Below, piece by piece: positions 54,532-64,000 of a stretch of DNA of 64,000 nucleotides; position 1 is the first letter of the stretch, and each line of letters begins with the position of its first letter. A model generated the notes under the pieces. That model saw nothing but the letters and a program-made list of their open reading frames with translations. It was not told where the DNA came from and did no database searches. Made by a program: the position numbers and the translations under genes. Where the stretch lies: NCBI GenBank assembly GCA_951406725.2, contig OX597826.1, positions 70,370,001-70,434,000 on the forward strand, written 5' to 3'. This DNA comes from Octopus vulgaris (Eukaryota).

Positions 54532-57236
54532 GAGTGAGAGAGCAGTGCATGCCATCAAAGTGACACTGGGATAAAATATACGAAGCCCAGTATACCCATC
54601 ATGACTACCCATCTGAACACTGACAGAGGTATTAATGTAATCAATCACCAACCCGCCAAAATTGCTGGCTTTGTGCTAAAATTAGAAAGAATTATTAATA
54701 TTCTGCCACTGCTACTACTAGTTTCACTAAGTAACTGTCATATACTGGGGTTATTTACTAGATTCTATTTTTATCTTCAACATTCAGTTTTCTGCTTAAG
54801 AGAAATTAAATCAATAGAAATCATTATTGATCAGCACTTGCTCATCAATTTTGGCTCTCCAGTTCTGAATTGAAATTCTACTAGAATTTTCCTTTCAGTT
54901 TTCCTTCTACTACCATCGCCGCTATTATATCTTCTTCACAAGGGTCAGACACTCCCTGATATCAAAATCAGCTTCAAATCTTTTTCTGTTTCGTTCTTTT
55001 TCTCCTTCTTTTATCATTACTAATATCATTATTATTATTATTATTATTATTATTTTCACTTTTATTTTCATTTTATTCTGGGAGAGTTTTTAAAATGGTA
55101 TCCTTTCATTCCGCCCACCCCCCTACTGACATAACTATTTCTGGTTTACATTTATTTTTTTTTCCTTTCAGTTCTCAGTTTCTCTTGTAATTTTCAGCCT
55201 CTTATAACAAATCTCTTTCAGTTACAGTTCCCCTTTTTCGTTTATAATCTTTCCAATACGACCACCCTGCCTGGAACATCCATACCGAAATGTTCATTTT
55301 TAAGCTATAATTATAATTGCCATTACATTAAGAACGATATCAGGAGATTTCAGTTGGTCCAATCAATATCTATATGTTGATTTATGTATACACCTGTCAA
55401 TACTTAAGTTAGAGATAGTCATGACTATAATTCCACCTGTGTGGAATTGTGGTCATAAAAGTCTTTATTTTTTTCAGAGACTTGCTGACTTTATTTACAT
55501 AAATTCTTAACATTTTCTCAATATTTTCAGTCACATTAACCTTTATAAATATTCTTGTTTCAATATTCAACAAGAGTTGACCATTTAACTTCAGGAGGCT
55601 TTTATTACCTGAGGTCAATAAAATAAAAGTACCAGCCAATTACTGGACATCAGTATAATTACTCAGTCTCTCCTCTCGAATTTCTAAATTTGTGCCTCTG
55701 TAAAAATGGTGAGATGGTGCATTGCTCAAATCATTAGCGCATCTTACAGAATACTTTGAAGTAATTGTTCTGACCCATTACATGCTGAGTTCAAATTCCA
55801 CTTGGGTCAGTTTCGTCATTTATTCTTTTACAAATGATAAAAGGATGGTCAAATATTGGTGGTGGGTGGAAGGGGTCAGTTTGATCAAAGTCATTATACG
55901 TGTGTCCCCTGCAAAAGTTAGCCATCATTTGGGGCCAGAGTAAGGAAACCAACTGGTGTGAAACTTTGGTTACGATTCAGTGCTTAAGGAGGGCAAGACA
56001 TGAACTTTTAACATTACTGTTTGGTGTTTGCTACCCTGGCCAATAAACCAGCTGTGGTCATTTTGAAAACATATTGTGATACAAGAAAAATTCTTTACAA
56101 GTTAATAAAATTACTTAAACCCATTTAAAAACATTTTCTTTTTTTTTTTAGAATTTCATTTTCTGTTTACTTAGGATTAATATCGTTTAATTTAACCCTT
56201 TTCCCTTCTTTTTTTACACTCAATTTTTTTTTTTTCTGTTTATATGCCAAAAAAAAATTAATTTCATTTTTCTTTTTTTTTTTTTTTTTCTTTTTTCTTT
56301 TTCTACCTACCTTATTTTTCTGGATTCCTCTGCAGAAAACCAAAAATATCTTCTTTTTTTTTTTTTTTTTTTTTTTTACCTTTCTTCATTTAGCATTTTA
56401 TTCTCTCTCAGATGGAAATAGTCAGCATTTTAAGAACCAGAGCCAATTTCTTATTTTTTAAAATTTTTTTTTTTTTCATAAATTCTAAATCTAATTTTAT
56501 AGCTTTTAATTTTTGCCAGTTCCCTTTTTGCATTTTCTTTTTGGTTTTTTGTTCTTTAATTTCATTATTAAATTTATGTTTATTATTTTTTAATCTCTCT
56601 TAATTTCTGATATCTTGTGCATATGCGATGCCATGCAATAATATGAACTCTTTCATTGCAGTTTTTAATGTAATATTGCTTTTATTAAATTTATACTTCA
56701 GTATATATATCTGTCTATCCTATCTATCTATCTGTCTATCTATCTGCCTACTTATCTATCTGTATGTCTGTCTGTCTATCTATATCTGTCTATCTATCTA
56801 TCTATCTGTCTGTATGTTTTTCCAACTATCTATTTATCTAACTGTCTGTCTGTTTGTCTAACTTTCATGCCATTTGTCTACGTACATGTAATGTCTGCTT
56901 GTCTTGGTCACTTTTCTCATTTATATATATATATATATATATAAACCTAAGGATATTGATTCCATTATGAATTGTTCTGCCGCATTATTTCATTTTTTTT
57001 TTTTTTTCCATCTTTTATTGTTAAAAATAATTTCCCTTCTATGCGTCTCTTGTATTGTATTCTCATTTTACCGTTTTGTTGTGAAAGAATTTGATCTTTA
57101 CTCTTGCATGGAATTATGTTTTTTTAACTTGATAAATTCTTTAATGTTGTACAGCAAGGGTGAACATTGATTGAAAAAAAAAAAGGTGAGAGTGATTAAA
57201 AGGAATTGTGACAAAGGTGTATACATGTGAGGGTGC

Positions 57237-57272
<36 letters not shown>

Positions 57273-58848
57273 CTGGGAGAAGAATACAAGACAAGATTGA
57301 GAAAGTGTGCTGTAAGACTGAGAGAGAGACAGGTAAAAAAGAAATTGGTGTTATTCTGTCTTGATTACTAATTAGTCATTCTATTTTACCTTCATGGTTT
57401 CTCAGGTAAAACTAGAATGGAGAATGTAGGCCTTCGCTTCACATAGATCTACATGATAAGATACTAGAAAGTTCATATGACTTCCTAGTATGGTCTAGGA
57501 AGTCATATTGAGATCAATGATAATTTGTTATCAAATAAAAGGGCACTATTCGAGTACGATCGTTACCAGCGTCACCTTACTGGCACTTGTGCATGTGCTA
57601 GTAGGGTGCTAATCCGAGCATGATCCTTGCCAGAGCAGCCAACTGGCTTCCATACCCGTGGCACGTAAAAGGGCACCATTCGAGCATGATCGTTACCAAC
57701 GTCGCTTCACTGGCACCTGTGTTGGTGGCACGTGTAAAAAGATTCGAGCATGGTCGTTGACAGTACCGCCTGACTGGCGCCCATACCGGTGGCACGTAAA
57801 AAGCACCCACTACACCCTCGGAGTGGTTGGCGTTAGAAAGGGCATCCAGCTGTAGAAACTCTGCCAGATCAGATTGGAGTCTGGTGCAGCCATCTGGTTC
57901 ACCAGACCTCAGTCAAAATCGTCCAACCCATGCTAGCATGGAAAGCGAACATTAAAGGGTGATGATGAATCTTATAGAATCCTGCTTAAAGTCTACAAGC
58001 AACACTTGAATCAAGAATAAGGTTTCAATTCTCCAGGTGCTTACTCTGACGTTTTACCTTGTTTGATTGTAAAAAGGGCATAATTGTCCTAGAATCACAC
58101 ATCAAGCATAACCCTGCTTGGTTCAGTATTCCTACCTGACAATCAGACTCTGTTTGCTTCACAAGTGACTGGTTTGCAGGAGAATAAATATGAATGTAGC
58201 TGTTGGAACAATAATTCCAGAAATAAGCAAATGAACCGCAGAAAGCGAGGAAGAATTGTGGTTGTCTGCATTTTCGCTTAACATGCCAGAGGCAGCACCC
58301 AGATCTCCCTAGAAAATTAAACTATACCAGCTTAAAAAGAAGAGACATATGTACATCAAGAATAATGTTGCAGTTCTGAATATAATATATCTTAAATAAG
58401 AACAGGCAAGCAAATTCTGTGGTACAGGTTCAATACTTATGTAAGTCATTTTTGCTAGATTTGTTCCTTAGGTCAATAATGTTTGTTGGAAGTCAATTAC
58501 CTGGAGAGAAAAAAACTGGATGCTCTCAAGCAGTAAGGTTGACTAACTATAAGGACTTTACTAAACACTTCTAATGGGACCAGAAGAACAAGTTGTCAGG
58601 GGCTGTCATTTAACCCTAGGCCAGCCCTAATTGAAAAGACTGATGATCACAGACATTCCAGTCATACCATCCCATTTTTTATATATGTATAGACATAGTG
58701 TATCTCAGTCCATATAACCCAGTGTCTATCAGAGTAGAATGCAATTTGAGGGAGATTTAACTACTAATCCTAGCAGGCTGAACAATCACAGCAAGGGTTT
58801 CATTGACTCAACTCTTAAGAGATAAGAGATAATATATATATATGTATA

Positions 58849-58880
<32 letters not shown>

Positions 58881-59774
58881 ATGTATGTAATGCAAAGTGC
58901 ATTGTGACCAGTGATGTATAACACCATCCAGTGATACTATGATACTGTGATGTATTACTATATATATTATTATATATTATTATATATATATTATTTTTTC
59001 GTAAACTCTCCCTATATATATTATTATATATTGCTAAGTTGTTCTTTTCTTGTTCCAGACAGGCTTTGATCGTATCAGGCTTGTAATGAAAGTCATTCCA
59101 TCCATGACCCATATGCAGAATTACATTTGGTAGGAGGGTTTGGGATTCTTAATTACATTTCAACAATTTCGTAGCGGCATTCGGCAAGGTTACATACTAC
59201 AGTCAGGCTTCTTACATTCTCCACTCTGGTTCATTCTCGTTCCCTTACTAAACTCAAACGACATCAGTTCAGTTTTTAAGCAGGTACCCGTTTATTGTCC
59301 CCTTTCAAAAGGTAAGTGACCGGCTGTCATTCCGATGTGTGTGTCACACTGTCCTTCTGTTCAGAATTGATGCTGCTGCAGCTGTCGCTATTTATTTTTT
59401 TATTGTAATTGTTGTTTTTTTTATTGTTGCTCCCTTGCTCTTTTCAATCCGCCACTGCTGATGTTGCTGCTGCTGCTACTACGACCCTTTCATTGTCATT
59501 TTTTAAAAGTTTACCCCTTAACCCCAAATGTTTCTGTGATGTAAAAAAAACCCACCCCAACACTATCACCTAATGTTGTTGTTGTTGTTGCAGTTGTTAT
59601 TATTGTTCTTAGTTTCTTTCTTTCATTTTTTCTTTTCTTTTTTTTTTTTTTTTTTTTTACTCCGACCCCTTCCTCATCGGTGATCCTTCTGATTCGCACT
59701 GCAGCCTTCCCTCCACGTGTTTAAAATTTCTTTTTTTTTACCTTGTTTCGGTTTTTCTTTGTCTTTCTCTCTCA

Positions 59775-59811
<37 letters not shown>

Positions 59812-59872
59812 AGTCTGTCACCCTCCAGTTTAAACCGGTGTCCTTTCATTGGCGTCCTCTTCCTCATTTCAG

Positions 59873-60579
59873 GCTATCATTGGGACACCTCAGACTGGGC
59901 GGCTCCACACACCACGTTACCAAACATCAGTGAGGTACCAGTGAAAGAAATTTTGGATTCTCCAAGCTCCACTCCACAGAGTAACGACTCAAACACGCAC
60001 GTAGATGATGTCAACGATGCTGATATGGACGATATGGATAATGACTCTGAATATTGCGGGGATTACGAATGTGGCGATAATGACGATGACAACAATGCTG
60101 CTGACTTCCATCCTGCTGCCAACTTCCACCATTTCCTTGATTTAGCGCCTTATGCCGATGGGGTCAACGAAGGACCCCAGCGGTTCCATCCTAACTTCAT
60201 GCCGGACTTCGACCAGCCACCTGGTGGTGCTGCCCTCGACAACTGGCCAGCTCCACCGGGCGCTGAAAACGGCAACCAGCCTCCACATAGTGATGAAGAG
60301 GAGAACAGCGAGAGGTGCCGGTTGCGGCGTCACCTGCGTAGGGGTGCCGCTCTCGCCAGGTACCCTCCACTTGATGCCAGCGACTATGAACATTCAACGG
60401 CAGCAATGGCGGACGACATGAGTGTGTCGGTGGGCGGCTGTACATCGACGAATGTCTCTTGCTCCGACATTTCTGGACTCTGTGACATTGATGACAGTGA
60501 TATGAACATAACAGACGAGAGTGACAATGACATCCATCCTGTGAAGTTTAACAGTGCTCACCTTCACACCCAAGTGTGA
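59873..60579 (+). CDS. FAT1-like: Fat-like cadherin terminal coding exon
   Basis: ttcctcatttcag| acceptor; GYHWDTSDW...LPNISEVP, acidic tail, SCSDISGLCDIDDSD and C-terminal HTQV* (FAT1 ends HTEV); GC-rich relative to introns. Confidence 0.95.
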
Positions 60580-60691
60580 AGTTCTTCGCCTCTTCCTACC
60601 CCCATCCTGTGCTCACCTTCACAGCCAGGTGTGAAGTTCTCTTCTTCTTCCTAACATCCCAGCGCTTTACTTCACATCCAGGTGTAAAGTT
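60554..60691 (+). repeat. Three tandem ~54-bp copies of the sequence spanning the stop codon
   Basis: gtgctcaccttcacacccaagtgtgaagtt / gtgctcaccttcacagccaggtgtgaagtt / gcgctttacttcacatccaggtgtaaagtt at 60554, 60609 and 60662. Confidence 0.85.
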
Positions 60692-62033
60692 ATACATATA
60701 TATATATAAATATAAATATGTATATATATAATATATATGCATCTTCCTAATGCCCCAGCTACAACATTCACAGAAAAACTATAATATAAGAAAAAAAATA
60801 TACAAACTCCTCCCACGACCACCACCACCATCACAACCAATCCAAAAACAAATTAAAAGGACTTGAAATAAAAATTATACACATTCATACATATATATAT
60901 ATATACACATATAGTCACACACACGTATTTATATATATACACACACATGCATATGTATTTATATATATATATATATATACATATATATGATATATATATA
61001 TGCATTTATATACATTTTATGCATACACACATTAACTGACTTGGATATAGACAAAAGAATATATGTAACACATACCACTCCAAAAATCAACCCACCTAAA
61101 CGTGAACATACTATGCATGTATGTGTAATTATATGTGTGTATTCATATAAATATATATATATGTGTGTGTGTGTGTGTGTATATATGTGCATATACAGAC
61201 AGACATATGAGTAAATGTACATCTATGTCTAAATACTCCTTACCTGCTCCCAATCATATGCACACACATACACACATACCTATACATAACCATACACACA
61301 TCCAAATGTAAAATTAAAACTTACAGTGGCATCACTTCGGGTCCATTATAAATGGATCTATGCCCTGCCTTCTCAAGCTAGCGATGCCTTTTCCTTTCTA
61401 AACTAGGGCCATTATACAGCCCCGATGGTTCGAGAAAAAAATTCTTCATTAAATAAATATATTTACCAATTTTTTTTTTCTCTCTAAATTTAATTTAATT
61501 TCCCATACCCCCATCCCCTGACCCTAACCCCTCCAGAAAATGAAAAAAAAAAAAAAGCTCTCTACCCTTCTCCAGTCCCACATTCCCGCAAAACCCAATC
61601 CATGAAACTCCTGACTATGAATCATGTTCTTCCTACCATACGCTAGTGCTGAATGGATGTAGAACAAGGGACCTAAAGCATGCAATCTGCTTCCATTGGT
61701 GTTATGATTTTTCAACAAAACAAAAGGGCAATAGTTTATAATCGAAGAATTTAATGGCATGGCTAGAGAGAAAGAAAGAAAGAGTGACAGTGAGAGAGGG
61801 AGTGAGAGATACAGCATGAGAAAAAGAGAGAGATGTATACCATGTGTGTTTGTGTGAGACAGAGACACAGAGAGAGAGAATGAAAGAAAGAGAGCTGTGA
61901 TGCGAAAAACAAAAACAACCAAATAAATGATTTTGCATAATTGATGAAAAAGAAAAAGCATCTGTGTATACATACATAATATATGTGTATTTATATATCT
62001 GTACCTTGTATATATATATATATATAATGTGTG

Positions 62034-62068
<35 letters not shown>

Positions 62069-62221
62069 TAGTCATAAAATACAGTGTACATTTAAACACA
62101 TGAGGAATCCACTCGGATTCAACACGCTGGAAAGAACAGCTAGGTTCTATAACCACAAAATTAGGGATAAAAATTTGACAGGAACAAAATGTGTTTAAAT
62201 GTACACTGTATTTTATGACTA
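62069..62221. repeat. Perfect 33-bp inverted repeat (MITE-like) downstream of the stop codon
   Basis: tagtcataaaatacagtgtacatttaaacacat (62069-62101) and exact reverse complement (62189-62221). Confidence 0.9.
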
Positions 62222-62875
62222 ATACATAGTCTTTGGACTAAATTTTTACACGTTAGGCCACTGGAAGTGAAAATTTTAATTAATTTCCATTTCCCTTTGA
62301 TATGATTAAATATTAGATATATATATATATATACAGACATATATACACACATTTATATACACATACATATGTATTATATACATGCTGTATGTATGTATAT
62401 AAAAATGATAATACATAGATAAACACACACACTTAAATGCTTAAATATATATATACATGTATATATATAGGTATTATTTGGTATTGAGGTATTGATAGTC
62501 AACTTGTAGAAATCAAAAGAAAATTTTTAAAAAACATTTATTCACAGTGGGACACAACCTAGTTTTGTAGAGAATAATTTGCTATTAATAGTGAGCTGAT
62601 TGAGACCTACGTTGCCACTTTTTGGCTGGTTCAGTAAGCCTTCTAAAGTAAAACTTAAGGTCCCAATCAACTCCATATATATATATAGACATATATAAAT
62701 GTGTACAAGTATATATATGGGGAGAATTCACAAAAGACGAAGACAGGTGGTACAGACAACAAACAGATGTATTAGTATAGTGCTCAGGAAGTGAAAAAGT
62801 CTTTAACGTTTCGAGCCTACGCTCTTCTACAGAAAGAATAAAGAATGTGTAGTGGCTAGCGATCTATCATGGCGA

Positions 62876-62920
<45 letters not shown>

Positions 62921-63045
62921 GCACATATATATACACACAGACAAATATACTTCTCTTGGCCTGAGTATGTGTGTACATGTATGTATGTGTATATATACAT
63001 ACATACAACAGAAGGAACATGCAGCTAACAAAATTTATAATCAGT

Positions 63046-63280
63046 TTAACTCTTAAGCATTCAGGTTTCTCTGTCAAATGTAATGCTTATTTATCCACAT
63101 TGTTTTGAATTAACCATGGATTATCTTGTAGATCTGACATTTCAATGATCTGATTATTTGTTTTTTTAGAATAGAACAACATTGGAGGATAGGTGTGAAA
63201 GGCAAGGTATGGCCAGTTAGAATATAAAACAGAAGCTATGTTTTGGCCGGATATGGCAGGTTTAAACACCAAAGAATCAA
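63046..63280. mobile_element. Possible piggyBac-like MITE (degenerate); related partial copy about 51096-51310 in opposite orientation
   Basis: begins ttaactcttaagcatt; interior matches the reverse complement of 51096-51310, which begins aaccctttagcatt. Confidence 0.4.
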
Positions 63281-64000
63281 TATATATGTTTTTAGTCCCC
63301 AGGAATATCACTGAGAGGAATTTTAATGAAATGTTGCTTAGATAGAAAACAATGCATTCAAGAATGGTAGCAGGAAAGGTTTACCGTGCTTTCCACAAGA
63401 CGTGCCTCACACAACCTGATTGCGTGTTATTTTCCGCATGAGTAATGTTTATTAGATAAATTATTTTAAGGACCTGTCTTAGAATTCAACAGAACTTTGG
63501 TTGAATAGTATTCCTGGGTGTCTTGAACATTGATTTAGCTTTATTTACTTCAACATTAAGTTCTTTCAAGCAACTGTTTTAAGTTCATTGACCAATGTAT
63601 GTATACGTTTGTGTGTGGATATATATATATGTATATATATATATAGAAGAAATATGTTACAAAAAGAAAATAGAAAATACACATGGAAATGTAAGGGGAA
63701 AATAAGAAAAATCAACGACAATGCACATTGTAAATAAAAAAAGAAGAAAAGGCTTTTTATGAAAGGTAACAACAGATATATACATTTAGATGGACCGAGG
63801 TTGTAGTAAAAGTCATAAAAGTCATTATTATGAGATGATTAAATATATATAGATATAGATATATTTATACAAACATATGTATGCACTATTCCCTGTCTGA
63901 GGAACCAGTAATACTTTCAAGGAAATCTAAAGGAACAACACAGTGAAAAGGTTCAATGAATATATATATATATGTCTACAAACATACGCATGTGTATGCA

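Noticed and set aside
56412-56420. 9-nt microexon candidate after ctctcag| (similar weak case at 47752-47805)
   Set aside because: Donor sites are poor (ata|gtcagc, gta|gtatgg); expected by chance in U-rich intron sequence.
60142-60445. Antisense and alternate-frame ORFs over the last exon
   Set aside because: Shadow ORFs of a GC-rich coding exon.

Overview
AT-rich, microsatellite- and SINE-dense animal genomic DNA. The repeat families suggest an octopus (coleoid cephalopod), which is an inference. The + strand carries the 3' end of one Fat-like (FAT1/2/3 - kugelei subfamily) atypical cadherin gene. I traced eight core coding exons by hand, with GT-AG boundaries and consistent phases. They encode a Laminin-G domain, 4 EGF repeats, a transmembrane helix and a cytoplasmic tail with SDTDSIQKPTW and GYHWDTSDW motifs and a C-terminal PDZ-type ligand (HTQV*, stop at 60579). 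The most interesting feature is the ~45-kb last intron (14957-59872), at the position where vertebrate FAT1 receives tissue-specific small exons. It contains at least four unannotated, frame-preserving, phase-1 micro/cassette exon candidates (42, 42, 21 and 30/63 nt), one beginning with an AG|GTAAG recursive-splice-like site. It also holds many long inverted-repeat elements, several with Penelope-type minimal hammerhead ribozyme motifs. The rest is tRNA-derived SINEs, LINE fragments, Tc1/mariner relics and MITEs, and simple repeats. Nearly all other listed ORFs are repeat artefacts. All calls are by eye; no database search or RNA data were available.
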